A DNA stretch of 64,000 nucleotides from an uncultured Solirubrobacteraceae bacterium (GCA_964588985.1 CAZPQW010000006.1:64001-128000); one strand, 5' to 3'. Numbered from the stretch's first letter, positions 19,454 to 29,920 are shown. The notes: generated by a model from the letters alone, not told the origin. Numbers and translations: made by a program.

Positions 19454-20124
19454 TGCTGCTGGGCGAGCTGCTCGACGAACTGCCGGCGGACCTTGCGCGC
19501 CAGGTGGTCACGCACGCGTCGTGGAGCGAGCGGCGCAGCGACTCCTACGCGCGTCTGGCGTTCCTCGGCGACAGCGTGCTGTCGCTGGCGGTGACGACGT
19601 ACCTGTATCCGCGGCTGGAGGCCGAGCGCTTCGGTGCGGGGCGCCTGACGAAGATCCGCGCGCAGGCGGTCTCCGGGGTCTCCTGCAGGGCGGTGGCGGA
19701 ACGTCTGGGGATCCCCGCGCGGCTGCGCGCGGCGGCGCCGGAGAGCGTGCGGGAGAACGCGGCCGCGCTGGTGGGGACCGAGCGGGTGCTCGCGTCGGTG
19801 ATCGAGGCGGTGATCGGCGCGGTGTACCTGCACGCGGGCTACGAGCGCACGGCGGAGGCTGTGGTGGAGGCGTTCGTGCCGGAGATCGAGCGGGCGTTGG
19901 ATCACCCGGTGGACTTCAAGTCGGCGCTGCAGGAGCTGCTGGCGCGTCGCGGCGAGGAGGTCGAGTACGAGGTGACGGGCGAGGACGGCCCGCCGCACGA
20001 GCGCACCTACACGGTGCTCGCGCGCGTCGACGGGCGCGAGCTGGGCAGCGGCAGTGGGCGCTCCAAGAAGCACGCCGAGCAGGAGGCAGCGAAGGCGGCC
20101 GTGAGCAAGCTGGGCACGGAATGA
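19450..20124 (+). CDS. rnc: Ribonuclease III with an atypical active site
   Basis: THAS, RLAFLGDSVL, EAVIGAVYL, C-terminal dsRBD (DFKSALQE...GPPHER...SKKHAEQEAA). Confidence 0.92.
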   Translation: MMLLGELLDELPADLARQVVTHASWSERRSDSYARLAFLGDSVLSLAVTTYLYPRLEAERFGAGRLTKIRAQAVSGVSCRAVAERLGIPARLRAAAPESVRENAAALVGTERVLASVIEAVIGAVYLHAGYERTAEAVVEAFVPEIERALDHPVDFKSALQELLARRGEEVEYEVTGEDGPPHERTYTVLARVDGRELGSGSGRSKKHAEQEAAKAAVSKLGTE

Positions 20125-20143
20125 CCCGCATGGAGGTGCTCGC

Positions 20144-23100
20144 ATGCGCCTGAAGTCGCTGACCCTGACGGGCTTCAAGTCGTTCCCGGACCGCACACGG
20201 CTGGACTTCGGGCCCGGCGTGAGCGTGGTGGTGGGGCCGAACGGCTCGGGCAAGTCGAACGTGACCGACGCGGTGCTGTGGGCGATGGGCGAGCAGTCGC
20301 CGCTGGCGATCCGCGGCCAGTCGATGCAGGACGTGATCTTCGGCGGCGGCCGCGGCGTGCAGGCTCGCAGCGCGGCGGAAGTGGAGATCGTGCTCGACAA
20401 CTCCGACGGCACGGTCGACCTGCCGCTGAGCGAGATCTCGATCGTGCGGCGCCTGGACCGCAACGGCGAGGGCGGCTACAAGCTCAACGGCGCGCGCTGC
20501 CGACTGACGGACGTGATCGAGGTGCTCTCCGACACGGGCCTCGGCAAGGAGACCCACTCGGTGATCTCGCAGGGACGCGTGGACGCGATCGTGACGTCCA
20601 AGCCGCGCGACCGACGGCTGCTGATCGAGGAGGCGGCGGGCCTGGGCAAGCACCGCAAGCGCCGCCGCCGCGCACAGCTGAAGCTCGAGCACACGCAGGA
20701 GAACCTCGACCGGGCGCTGGACATCGAGCGCGAGGCGCGCACGCGCCTGCGTCCGCTGAAGCGCCAGGCCGAAGCGGCGGAGCTGCACGAGCGCCTCGAG
20801 CACCAGATCCTGCAGGCGCGCTGGGAGCTGGCCCGCGACACCGCGCGCACGCGGGCGCTGGAGCTGGCGGGCGCGGAGGCGCTCGTGACCGAGGCCCGCA
20901 GCACCCGCGCGGAGATCGAGGCGCGTCTGACGCAGACGATCGAGCGACGCGGCGAGGCCGAGCGCGCGCTGTCCGAGCGCTCCGAGCGCCACGACGCGCT
21001 CTCGCGACGTGTGTACGAGGCGCGCTCGGCGCACGAGCGCCTGGGGCTGCGCGGCGAGCAGGCGAGCGCGAGCGCGCAGACGCTGACGCGGCGGATCGAG
21101 CGGATCGAGCGGGAGCTGGCGGGTCTGGAGCAGCCGGGCGCGGAGGACTCGCAGGACGGCTTCACGGCGGCGGGCGCGGAGCGGATCGCGGCGCTGGAAG
21201 CGCAGCTGGCGGAGATCGAGAGCAGCCGCGAGCAGGAGATCGAGCGCGAGGTCGCCGAGCTGGAGGGCGCGCGCGAGCGCGAGCAGGCGCTCGTACAGCA
21301 GCTCGAAGGCGAGGTCGAGCAGGCGCGGGCGGCTCGCAAGCAGGCCGACGAGGAGGCCGAGGGCGCACGCGAGCGCCTCGCGGCCGCCGAGCGAACCGTG
21401 CAGGAGGCCCGTCGTGAGGCGGCGCGCGTGGGCGCGGAGCTTGCGGCGGCGAACCAGTTCCTGCGCAGCCACACGCACATCGCGGGCGACCAGGCCGGGC
21501 GGCCGAAGGCGCTGAGCGAGGAGCTGCGCGTGCAGGACGGCTTCGAGCTGGCGCTGGCGGCGGCGCTCGGCGGCAGGCTCGACGCGGCGCTCGTGGAGGA
21601 CGTGGCGGGAGCCGAGGCGCTGCTCGACCGCTCGGGGCCCGACGGCGGCACGGCGCTGCTGGCCGACCGCGCCGCAACGGCAGGCGACGAGTCGTCCGCG
21701 GGGGACGCCGACGCGCCCGCACCCGGCGCGCAGCGACTGCTGGAGCTGGTGAGCGGACCCGAGGAGGTCCTGGGGCTCGCGCGACGTCTGCTGGCGGACG
21801 CGTGGGTGGTGGAGCGCCTGGAGGATCTGCCGGAGGACTTCGCGGGGATAGCGGCGACGCGTCAGGGGCGCGTTTGGTTCGGCTCCTGGGGCGAGGTGCG
21901 CCAGCTGAGCGAGGGCGGAACCGAGCGCGTGCTGGCGAGACGCAACGAACGCGACCGGCTGATCGCGTCCTCGGAGCAGGCGGCGCAGGCCGAGCACGCC
22001 GCTCGCGGAGCGTGTGATGAGGCGATCGAGCAGGTGCGCCTCGCCGAAGAGGCTCGCGGCGCCGGGGATCGCGATCTGCGTGAAGCCGAGCGTCGCCAGT
22101 CGGAGGCCGCGGAGGCGCGGCGCCGGACGGAGTGGCTGATCGAGCAGCGCAGGGCCGCGCCGGCGGACGGGCCGCTGGCGGTCCGCAAGGCCGAGCTGGA
22201 GGGCGAGCTGGCCTCAGAGCGCAGGCAGGTAGAGCGCCTGGAGCGCGAACGGGTCGAGCGCCTCAGCCGCGTCGAGCGGTTGCGCGCGCAGCTCGCCGCG
22301 GACACGGCCGCGGTGCCGCGCGCCCAGCGCCTTTTGGCTGTGCTGGCGCTGGCGGCTGAGGCTGTGAGCGTCCGTCGTGCGGCGGTCGAGCAGGAGCTCG
22401 CGGCCGACCGTGAGGCGGGCGAGAAGATGGCGGCGGAGCTGCGCGCGTGCGCCGCGCAGGAGGCCGAGATCCAGTCGGCGCTGCGGGCGGCGGGCGAGAC
22501 GGTGACCGACGCGGAGGTCGCGGCGCAGCGCCTGCGCGATCAGGTCGCGGAGATCGAGCTGGAGCTGGCGAGCGTGATCGAGCGTCTCGGCAAGCCCGAG
22601 GAGCAGGAGCAGGAGTCACAGCCGCTCGGCGAGGAGGAGATCGCGTCGCTGAAAGCTCGCGTGGAGCGCCTGGAGCGCAGGCGCGAGCAGCTCGGCCCGG
22701 TGAACCCGCTCGCGCAGGAGGAGTACGCGGAGGCGCTCGCGCACGTCGAGGAGCTCGAGCGCCAGCGCACCGACCTGGAGACGGCGCTGCGCGAGCTGCG
22801 CTCGGTGATCCGCGAAACCGACCGCCAGATCCAGGAGACCTTCGAGGAGACCTTCGAGGCCGCGGCGCGCAACTTCGAGGAGCTGGTGGGCGACGTGTTC
22901 CCGGGCGGCAGCGGACGGCTGCGGCTGGTGAGCGAAGAGCAGGCGCCGCGTCCGGTGCTCGGCGGCCAGCCGCTGCCCGAGGGCGAAACGGACGAGGACG
23001 CGGTCGAGGCGGCGGCGGAGGCGGAGGCCGAGGCGGAGCTGAACGGGCAGGAGGAGCAGCTGCCGGGAGTGGAGATAGAAATCACGCCCGCGGGCAAGTC

Positions 23101-23461
23101 GACGAAGCGCCTGACGCTGCTCTCCGGCGGGGAGAAGTCGATGACCGCGCTGGCGTTCCTGTTCGCGGTGTTCCTCGCGCGTCCGTGCCCCTTCTACATC
23201 ATGGACGAGGTCGAGGCGGCGCTCGACGACCTCAACCTCGACCGCTTCCTGGCTCTGCTGCGCCGCTACGCCAACCGCGCGCAGTTCATCGTGATCACTC
23301 ACCAGAAGCGCACGATGGAGGCGGCGGACTACCTCTACGGCGTCTCGATGGGCCTCGACGGCGTTTCGAAGGTGATCTCCAGGCGCCTGCCGCCCGAGCA
23401 GCAGGCCGAGGCCGACGCGGAGAGCAACGCCGAGGCGCCGGAAGTGGCCGAGGTCGCTTAG
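20144..23461 (+). CDS. smc: Chromosome segregation protein SMC
   Basis: GFKSF, GPNGSGKSN, coiled coils, LSGGEK, MDEVEAALD, ITHQKRTM. Confidence 0.95.
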   Translation: MRLKSLTLTGFKSFPDRTRLDFGPGVSVVVGPNGSGKSNVTDAVLWAMGEQSPLAIRGQSMQDVIFGGGRGVQARSAAEVEIVLDNSDGTVDLPLSEISIVRRLDRNGEGGYKLNGARCRLTDVIEVLSDTGLGKETHSVISQGRVDAIVTSKPRDRRLLIEEAAGLGKHRKRRRRAQLKLEHTQENLDRALDIEREARTRLRPLKRQAEAAELHERLEHQILQARWELARDTARTRALELAGAEALVTEARSTRAEIEARLTQTIERRGEAERALSERSERHDALSRRVYEARSAHERLGLRGEQASASAQTLTRRIERIERELAGLEQPGAEDSQDGFTAAGAERIAALEAQLAEIESSREQEIEREVAELEGAREREQALVQQLEGEVEQARAARKQADEEAEGARERLAAAERTVQEARREAARVGAELAAANQFLRSHTHIAGDQAGRPKALSEELRVQDGFELALAAALGGRLDAALVEDVAGAEALLDRSGPDGGTALLADRAATAGDESSAGDADAPAPGAQRLLELVSGPEEVLGLARRLLADAWVVERLEDLPEDFAGIAATRQGRVWFGSWGEVRQLSEGGTERVLARRNERDRLIASSEQAAQAEHAARGACDEAIEQVRLAEEARGAGDRDLREAERRQSEAAEARRRTEWLIEQRRAAPADGPLAVRKAELEGELASERRQVERLERERVERLSRVERLRAQLAADTAAVPRAQRLLAVLALAAEAVSVRRAAVEQELAADREAGEKMAAELRACAAQEAEIQSALRAAGETVTDAEVAAQRLRDQVAEIELELASVIERLGKPEEQEQESQPLGEEEIASLKARVERLERRREQLGPVNPLAQEEYAEALAHVEELERQRTDLETALRELRSVIRETDRQIQETFEETFEAAARNFEELVGDVFPGGSGRLRLVSEEQAPRPVLGGQPLPEGETDEDAVEAAAEAEAEAELNGQEEQLPGVEIEITPAGKSTKRLTLLSGGEKSMTALAFLFAVFLARPCPFYIMDEVEAALDDLNLDRFLALLRRYANRAQFIVITHQKRTMEAADYLYGVSMGLDGVSKVISRRLPPEQQAEADAESNAEAPEVAEVA

Positions 23462-23489
23462 CGCTCAGGCGCTGTTACAGTCGCGCCCC

Positions 23490-24500
23490 GTGGCGCGCGA
23501 CTGGAGCGATCTGTTCATCACCGCCGATGCCGGCGACACCCTCGCGGTAGGACAGGACGCGGGCGAGCGGGAGAGCGGACGAAAAAGGGGCGGCCTATTC
23601 AGGCGGCTGCGCGAGAGCATGGCGAAGACCCGTCAGGCGCTCGGCTCGGAGATCCAGGCGACGCTGTTCGGCGAGCTGGACGAGCAGACGTGGGAACGGC
23701 TGGAGGAGGCGCTGATCATGGCCGACGTGGGCGCGAGCACGACCGCGTCGGTGGTCGCGACGCTCGAGGCCGAGGCGACGTCGGGCCAGCTGGAGGGCGG
23801 CGAGGCGTTGAGCGAGCGGTTGATCGGACTGCTGGCAGAGACCGCGGACGTGGGGGAGTGGCGGATCGACGTGCGCGCGAAGCCGACGGTGATCATGGCG
23901 GTGGGCGTGAACGGCACCGGCAAGACGACGACGATCGGCAAGCTCGCGTGGCACCTGCACAACGAGCTCGGCTACACAGTCCTCCTCGGAGCGGCGGACA
24001 CGTTTCGCGCGGCCGCGAGCGAGCAGCTCGAAGGGTGGGCGCAGCGCGCGGGCTGCGAGATCGTGACGGGGCCGGAGGGGTCGGACCCCGGAGCGGTCGC
24101 GTTCGAGGCGATCGCGCAGGCGCGCAGCAAAGAAGTGGACGTGGTGATCATCGACACCGCCGGGCGCCTACACACCCAGGACGACCTGATGGGCGAGCTC
24201 GGCAAGGTGCGGCGCGTGATCTCACGCCAGCTCGAGGGCGCCCCCCACGAGACGCTGCTGACGATCGACTCGACGACCGGGCAGAACGGCCTGCGCCAGG
24301 CGCGGCTGTTCGCGCAGACCGCGGATGTGAGCGGCGTGGTGCTGACGAAGCTCGACGGAACCGCCCGCGGCGGCATCGCGCTGGCGATCGCGCGCGAGCT
24401 CGATCTGCCGGTGAAGCTGATCGGCGTGGGCGAGGCGCTGGAGGATCTGCGCCCGTTCGATCCGCGGGAGTTCGCGCGCGCTTTGATCGCGGAGAGCTAA
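23490..24500 (+). CDS. ftsY: Signal recognition particle receptor
   Basis: GVNGTGKTTT, DTFRAAA, DTAGRL, TKLDGTARGG. Confidence 0.96.
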   Translation: MARDWSDLFITADAGDTLAVGQDAGERESGRKRGGLFRRLRESMAKTRQALGSEIQATLFGELDEQTWERLEEALIMADVGASTTASVVATLEAEATSGQLEGGEALSERLIGLLAETADVGEWRIDVRAKPTVIMAVGVNGTGKTTTIGKLAWHLHNELGYTVLLGAADTFRAAASEQLEGWAQRAGCEIVTGPEGSDPGAVAFEAIAQARSKEVDVVIIDTAGRLHTQDDLMGELGKVRRVISRQLEGAPHETLLTIDSTTGQNGLRQARLFAQTADVSGVVLTKLDGTARGGIALAIARELDLPVKLIGVGEALEDLRPFDPREFARALIAES

Positions 24501-24510
24501 CCTCCCTCCT

Positions 24511-24945
24511 ATGGACTGGTGGATCCTGTGGTTGGTCGCGGCCTGCATCCTCGGTATCGGGGAGATGCACCAGGGCGGGCTGTACCTGCTGCCGTTCGCT
24601 GTCGGGGCGGCGCTGGCGGGCGCGGTGAGCGTCCTCGGCGTGAGCGCTGGGCTGTCGGCGATCATGTTCGTGGCCACCTCCGCGGTCGTCGTCGGCGCGC
24701 TGCGCCCGGTGGCGCAGCGCCACCGCCAGCTGCCCCCCTCGATCAGGACGGGCGCGGCGGCGCTGGTGGGCAAGCGCGCGACGGTGCTCGAGCGGATCGC
24801 CAACGACGAGGGCGTGGGCTGCGTGCGGATCGAGGGCGGCGAGGTGTGGACCGCCCGCAGCTACGACGAGGACGAGGTGATCGACGCGGGCGAGCGCGTC
24901 GAGGTGGTGGAGATTCGCGGCGCGACCGCTCTGGTGATGCATTGA
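24511..24945 (+). CDS. NfeD family membrane protein
   Basis: N-terminal TM helices plus OB fold (GEVWTARS...GERVEVVEIRGATALV); adjacent to an SPFH gene. Confidence 0.9.
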   Translation: MDWWILWLVAACILGIGEMHQGGLYLLPFAVGAALAGAVSVLGVSAGLSAIMFVATSAVVVGALRPVAQRHRQLPPSIRTGAAALVGKRATVLERIANDEGVGCVRIEGGEVWTARSYDEDEVIDAGERVEVVEIRGATALVMH

Positions 24946-25004
24946 GCCGTCTGTCGCCCAGCGGGTAGGCTCTGCGAAGCAGTCAATAGAAAGGAACCCG
25001 TCAC

Positions 25005-25925
25005 ATGGCCGGCCTGATCGTCCTCGCAGTGATCGTCGTGTTCGCGCTGTTCGTCGCCGCGCGCGCCATCCGCGTGATCCCGCAGGCACGCGCCGGGGTG
25101 GTGGAGCGCCTTGGCCGCTACAGCCGCACACTCGAGCCGGGGCTGACGATCGTGACGCCGTTCATCGACCGCGTGAAGCCGCTGGTGGACCTGCGCGAGC
25201 AGGTGGTGAACTTCTCGCCGCAGTCGGTGATCACCGAAGACAACGTGGTGGTGGGGATCGAGACGGTGCTGTATTTCACGATCACCGACCCGAAGTCCGC
25301 GACGTATGAAATCGCGAACCCGCTGCAGGCGATCGAGCAGCTGACGGTGACGACGCTGAGGAACGTGATCGGCGGGCTCTCGCTCGAGGCGACGCTGACG
25401 GCGCGCGAGAACGTCAACACAGAGCTGCGCGTGGTGCTCGACGAGGCGACCGGCAAGTGGGGCATCCGCATCAACCGCGTGGAGATCAAGTCGGTCGACC
25501 CGCCGGCGGACATCCGCACGGCGATGGAGAAGCAGATGCGCGCCGAGCGCGACCGGCGCGCGGCGATCCTCACCGCGGAAGGCGAAAAGCAGGCGCAGAT
25601 CCTCACCGCGGAGGGCGCCAAGACGGCCGCGATCCTCACCGCGGAGGGCGAGCGCCAGGCGGCGATCCTGCGCGCGGAGGGCGAAGCGAAGGCGATCGAC
25701 ACGGTGTTCAGCGCGATCCACGAGGGCAAGCCGGACCGTGCGCTTTTGAGCTACGAATACCTGCAGATGCTCCCGCAGCTCGCCGAAGGCGACGCGAACA
25801 AGGTGTTCGTTGTGCCGTCGGAGTTCGCGGAGGCGTTTGGCGGCATCGGCGAGGCGCTCAAGCGCGGCGCGGAGAAGGACACGGGCGGATCCGCAGACGC
25901 GTTGCCACCGGCGCCCGCCAGCTGA
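25005..25925 (+). CDS. SPFH/band 7 (stomatin, QmcA-like) protein
   Basis: VVERLGRY, DLREQV, AMEKQMRAERDRRAAILTAEG repeats. Confidence 0.93.
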   Translation: MAGLIVLAVIVVFALFVAARAIRVIPQARAGVVERLGRYSRTLEPGLTIVTPFIDRVKPLVDLREQVVNFSPQSVITEDNVVVGIETVLYFTITDPKSATYEIANPLQAIEQLTVTTLRNVIGGLSLEATLTARENVNTELRVVLDEATGKWGIRINRVEIKSVDPPADIRTAMEKQMRAERDRRAAILTAEGEKQAQILTAEGAKTAAILTAEGERQAAILRAEGEAKAIDTVFSAIHEGKPDRALLSYEYLQMLPQLAEGDANKVFVVPSEFAEAFGGIGEALKRGAEKDTGGSADALPPAPAS

Positions 25926-25990
25926 GCCTGAGCAGCCCGACCGCCGTCGTGCCGTAGGTTCGGCGCGGCGGCTGCGAGAATCAACCGGCG

Positions 25991-27325
25991 ATGTTCGACT
26001 CCCTCGCAGAGAAACTCCAGACGACGCTCGCGGACGTGCGCCAGCGCGGCACGCTGACCGAGCAGGACGTCGACGCGGCGATGCGCGAGATCCGCCTCGC
26101 GCTGCTCGAGGCGGACGTGAACTTCAAGGTGGTTCGGCAGTTCACCTCGCAGCTGAAGGAGCGCTGCATGGGCGCGGAGGTGGTCGGCAAGCTCAACCCC
26201 GGCCATCAGGTGGTGAAGATCGTCGGCGAGGAGCTGACCGCGCTGATGGGCGGCGCGTCGGGAGGGCTGAGCTTCTCTCCGCGTCCGCCGACGGTGATCC
26301 TGATGGCGGGTCTGCAGGGCTCGGGCAAGACGACGGCGACGGCGAAGCTCGCGCGCTACCTGCGCGAGGAGCACTCCTCGACGGTCGCGGTGGCGGCGTG
26401 CGACGTATACCGCCCCGCGGCGGTCGACCAGCTCGTGAAGGTCGGCGCGCAGGCCGGGGCGGAGGTTTACGAGCAGGGCACCGACCGCGACCCGGTGGAG
26501 ATCGCGAAGTGGGCGCTCGAGCGCGCGAAGACGGAGGGCAAGGATGTGCTGATCGTCGACACGAGCGGGCGCCTGCACGTGGACGAGCAGCTGATGGCGG
26601 AGCTGGTGCGGATCCGCGACGCGGTCAAACCGCACAACGTGCTGCTGGTGGTCGACGCGATGACCGGCCAGGACGCGGTGAACGTGGCGGAGAGCTTCGC
26701 CGAGGCGGTGCAGTTCGACGGGGTGGTGATGAGCAAGCTCGACGGCGACGCGCGCGGCGGCGCGGCGCTGTCGGTGAAGGCGGTGACGGGCAAGCCGATC
26801 ATGTTCGCCTCCACGGGCGAGAAGCTCGACCAGTTCGAGCGCTTCCACCCCGACCGGATGGCGCAGCGGATCCTCGGGATGGGCGACGTGATGAGCCTGA
26901 TCGAGAAGGCCGAGCGCCAGTTCGACGAGGACGACGCGCTCGCGCTGGAGCGCAAGATGCGCCGCAACGAATTCGGCCTCGACGACTTCCTCTCGCAGCT
27001 GAAGACGATCCGCAAAATGGGGCCGCTGACGAGCATCCTCGGGATGATCCCCGGCTTCGCGGGCCACCAGCTGCAGAACATGAAGGTCGACGAGCGCGAG
27101 CTCGACCGCATCCAGGCGATCATCCTGTCGATGACACCGGAGGAGCGACGCCACCCGGAGCTGATCAAGGGCTCGCGCCGTCTGCGGATCGCCAAAGGCT
27201 CGGGCACGAACGTCCAGCAGGTCAACAAACTCGTCAAGCAGTTCGGGCAGATGCGCAAGGTTATGCGCCAGATGGGGCGCGGCAAGATGCCCGACATCGG
27301 CGCCCTGATGCGCGGCGCGCGCTGA
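25991..27325 (+). CDS. ffh: Signal recognition particle protein
   Basis: ALLEADVN, GLQGSGKTT, DTSGRL, KLDGDARGGAA, Met-rich M domain. Confidence 0.97.
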   Translation: MFDSLAEKLQTTLADVRQRGTLTEQDVDAAMREIRLALLEADVNFKVVRQFTSQLKERCMGAEVVGKLNPGHQVVKIVGEELTALMGGASGGLSFSPRPPTVILMAGLQGSGKTTATAKLARYLREEHSSTVAVAACDVYRPAAVDQLVKVGAQAGAEVYEQGTDRDPVEIAKWALERAKTEGKDVLIVDTSGRLHVDEQLMAELVRIRDAVKPHNVLLVVDAMTGQDAVNVAESFAEAVQFDGVVMSKLDGDARGGAALSVKAVTGKPIMFASTGEKLDQFERFHPDRMAQRILGMGDVMSLIEKAERQFDEDDALALERKMRRNEFGLDDFLSQLKTIRKMGPLTSILGMIPGFAGHQLQNMKVDERELDRIQAIILSMTPEERRHPELIKGSRRLRIAKGSGTNVQQVNKLVKQFGQMRKVMRQMGRGKMPDIGALMRGAR

Positions 27326-27372
27326 AGCGGCTAAGCTCTGTCGCAGCTTTTGTCAATGATCGAGAGGAATAA

Positions 27373-27615
27373 GTGTCGGTAAGGCTCAGGCTCACCCGAG
27401 TGGGCGGCAAGAAGGACCCGATATGGCGTGTGGTCGTCGCAGACCAGCGCTCCCCCCGCGATGGGCGCGTGATCGAGACGATCGGCCACTACAACGCGCA
27501 GACGGAGCCGTCGACGATCGTGATCGACGGGGATCGCGCTCGCAGCTGGCTCGCCCGTGGCGCGCAGCCTTCGAACACCGTAAAGAAGCTGCTCCGCATC
27601 CAGGGCATCGCCTAG
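27373..27615 (+). CDS. rpsP: 30S ribosomal protein S16
   Basis: VRLRLTRVG...RSPRDGRVIETIGHYN...GAQPS. Confidence 0.97.
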   Translation: MSVRLRLTRVGGKKDPIWRVVVADQRSPRDGRVIETIGHYNAQTEPSTIVIDGDRARSWLARGAQPSNTVKKLLRIQGIA

Positions 27616-27639
27616 GACCACGGTCCTGGGGAGTCGTAG

Positions 27640-27888
27640 ATGCCCTCTGAGAACCCCAAGCGCCTGCTGGAGTACCTAGCCGAAGGGCTGGTCGACGATC
27701 CCGAGGCGGTGGCGGTGGAGCAGTTCGACGAGGACGACGGCACGGTCGTGCTCGAGCTGTGCGTGGCGGCGGACGACTACGGACGCGTGATCGGACGCGG
27801 CGGGCGCACGGCCCACGCGTTGCGCACCGTGGTGAAAGCCGCGGCCGCCGGCGAGGGCAGTCACGTGCTCGTCGACATCGTCGATTGA
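27640..27888 (+). CDS. khpA: KH domain RNA-binding protein
   Basis: DYGRVIGRGGRTAHALR; located between rpsP and rimM. Confidence 0.92.
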   Translation: MPSENPKRLLEYLAEGLVDDPEAVAVEQFDEDDGTVVLELCVAADDYGRVIGRGGRTAHALRTVVKAAAAGEGSHVLVDIVD

Positions 27889-28442
27889 CCGAGCAGCCCG
27901 AGCGCCTGCCCGCGGGCCGGATCGGACGCGCACACGGCCTCGATGGCAGCTTCTACGTCACCCGCCCGCAGGCGCGGCTGCTGAAGCTCGGCACGACCGT
28001 GGCGGTCGCGGGTCGCGAGCTGGAGATCGTGCGTCGCTCCGGCACCGAGCAGCGTCCGATCCTGCGCCTGGAGGGCATCGACGGCCGCGAGTCGATCGAG
28101 CCGCTGCGCGGAGAGGAGCTGACGGTGGCGCGCAGCGAGGCGCCGGCGCTGGCGGATGGGGAGTGGTGGGCGCACGAACTGGAGGGCTGCTCGGTGGTGG
28201 ACGGCGAGCATCTCCTGGGAACCGTCAGCCGGCTGCTGGTGCTGCCATCGTGCGAGGCTCTAGAGGTGCGCCCCGCCCAGGGCGGCGAGCCGGTGCTCGT
28301 GCCGATGGTCAAAGACGCGGTTCGCAGCGTGACGCCGGCGGAGCGACGGATCGAGATCGACCTCGACTTCCTCGGCCTTGCCGCCGAGCCGCGCTGGACG
28401 CGCGAGCCGGCGAAGCGACGTGGGGACGGAGGTTGCCCATGA
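27885..28442 (+). CDS. rimM: Ribosome maturation factor RimM
   Basis: GRIGRAHGLDG, EWWAHELEGC, LVPMV; TTG start overlaps the khpA stop. Confidence 0.92.
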   Translation: MTEQPERLPAGRIGRAHGLDGSFYVTRPQARLLKLGTTVAVAGRELEIVRRSGTEQRPILRLEGIDGRESIEPLRGEELTVARSEAPALADGEWWAHELEGCSVVDGEHLLGTVSRLLVLPSCEALEVRPAQGGEPVLVPMVKDAVRSVTPAERRIEIDLDFLGLAAEPRWTREPAKRRGDGGCP

Positions 28443-29176
28443 ACGTCGATGTGTTCACGCTGTTTCCCGAGTGGTTCGACTGGTTCGCCTCCCAGCGCCA
28501 CGTGAGCAACGCGATCGCGGCCGGGTCGAGCCTTCGGTGCGTGAACATCCGCGACCACACGACGCTCTCGGGCGGGCAGGTGGACGACACGCCGTTCGGC
28601 GGTGGCGCGGGGATGGTGCTGCGCGTGGACGTGCTCGACAGCGCGCTGCGCGGCCACTACGGCGTCGACCCGGTGGAGCTGCGCGAGAGCCGGCGAGTGA
28701 TCGCGCTCGCGCCCGGCGGGAGGCTGCTGGACGATCGTCTGGTGGACGAGCTCGCGGCCGAGCCGGCGCTGACGCTGCTGTGCGGGCGCTACGAGGGCTT
28801 CGACGAGCGGATCGTGGAGCACTTCGCGAGCGACGTGGTGTCGATCGGCCGCTACGTGCTCAGCGGCGGCGAGCTCGCGGCGATGGTCGTGTGCGATGCG
28901 GTGATGCGCAAGCTGCCGGGCGCGCTCGGGCACGAGGAGTCCGCCGCGGAGGAGTCCTTCAGCGTGGCGCTCGACGGGGACCCCGAGTACCCGCACTACA
29001 CCCGCCCGGCGGAGTATCGGGGGTGGCGCGTGCCGGACGTGCTGCTCTCCGGCCATCACGAGCGGATTCGCGAGTGGCGTCGAGAGCGCAGCCGCGAACG
29101 GGGCGCGAACGCGGGGCTGGAGACACCTTCGAGCGGCGATTCGGGCGCGCACGGAGGCTCATTCGGAGGCCGGTGA
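28439..29176 (+). CDS. trmD: tRNA (guanine37-N1)-methyltransferase
   Basis: TLFPE, VDDTPFGGGAGMV, CGRYEGFDER, SIGRYVLSGGE, YPHYTRP. Confidence 0.97.
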   Translation: MNVDVFTLFPEWFDWFASQRHVSNAIAAGSSLRCVNIRDHTTLSGGQVDDTPFGGGAGMVLRVDVLDSALRGHYGVDPVELRESRRVIALAPGGRLLDDRLVDELAAEPALTLLCGRYEGFDERIVEHFASDVVSIGRYVLSGGELAAMVVCDAVMRKLPGALGHEESAAEESFSVALDGDPEYPHYTRPAEYRGWRVPDVLLSGHHERIREWRRERSRERGANAGLETPSSGDSGAHGGSFGGR

Positions 29177-29284
29177 GGCGAACCTCGGCGACGGTTCGCT
29201 ACCATTGCTGCTCGCGCTGGCCGTGAGCCCCGTTCGGGGGTCGCCCTGGTCGATCGAGGCGCGCCCCTCTTTTCCCTTTACGTC

Positions 29285-29920
29285 ATGAGCAGCGTCATCG
29301 AAACCATCGAGCGCGCGCAACTGCGCCGCGTTCCAAACTTTGCGCCGGGCGACCGCGTTAAGGTTCACTTCCAGGTGATCGAGGGCGCCCGCAGCCGTGT
29401 GCAGGTGTTCGAGGGCGTGGTCATAAAGCGTCAGGGCCACGGCGCGCGCGAGACGTTCACCGTGCGCAAGCAGTCCTTCGGCGTCGGCGTGGAGCGCATG
29501 TTCCCGGTGCACTCCCCGAAGATCGAGCGCATCGAGCTGGCCGCGCGAGGCGACGTGCGCCGCGCGAAGCTCTACTACCTGCGCGACCGGGTGGGCAAGC
29601 GTGCCCGCGTGCGCGAGCGCCGCTACACGGGCCCGGAGGAGATCGTCCAGCCGGGTCTGCTCCACGAGCCTTCGGGGGCGACGGACGCGGACGGCATGAC
29701 CGCGGAGGAGGCCGTCGCCGAGGTCACGACCGACGCTCAGCTCGGCGGTGACGCGGTCGAGGCCACCAGTCAGGAACACGCGGACTCGTCTGAGGCCGTG
29801 GTCGAGGCGGAGTCCGAGACCGACACCGAGGCGTCTGCGTCGGCTGCGGATGCAACCGACGCCTCCTCCGATGCCGGCGACGCTCAGGACGACGTTCCCG
29901 CCGGCGACCAGCCGGCGTGA
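29285..29920 (+). CDS. rplS: 50S ribosomal protein L19 with long acidic C-terminal tail
   Basis: [37 protein letters not shown]. Confidence 0.96.
   Translation: MSSVIETIERAQLRRVPNFAPGDRVKVHFQVIEGARSRVQVFEGVVIKRQGHGARETFTVRKQSFGVGVERMFPVHSPKIERIELAARGDVRRAKLYYLRDRVGKRARVRERRYTGPEEIVQPGLLHEPSGATDADGMTAEEAVAEVTTDAQLGGDAVEATSQEHADSSEAVVEAESETDTEASASAADATDASSDAGDAQDDVPAGDQPA

Noticed and set aside
22930-23070. Acidic insertion in the SMC C-terminal head as a possible intein or extra domain
   Set aside because: Short low-complexity loop without intein motifs; all ATPase motifs are intact.
25555-25690. 33-bp tandem repeats
   Set aside because: They encode the normal AILxAEG repeats of SPFH/QmcA proteins.
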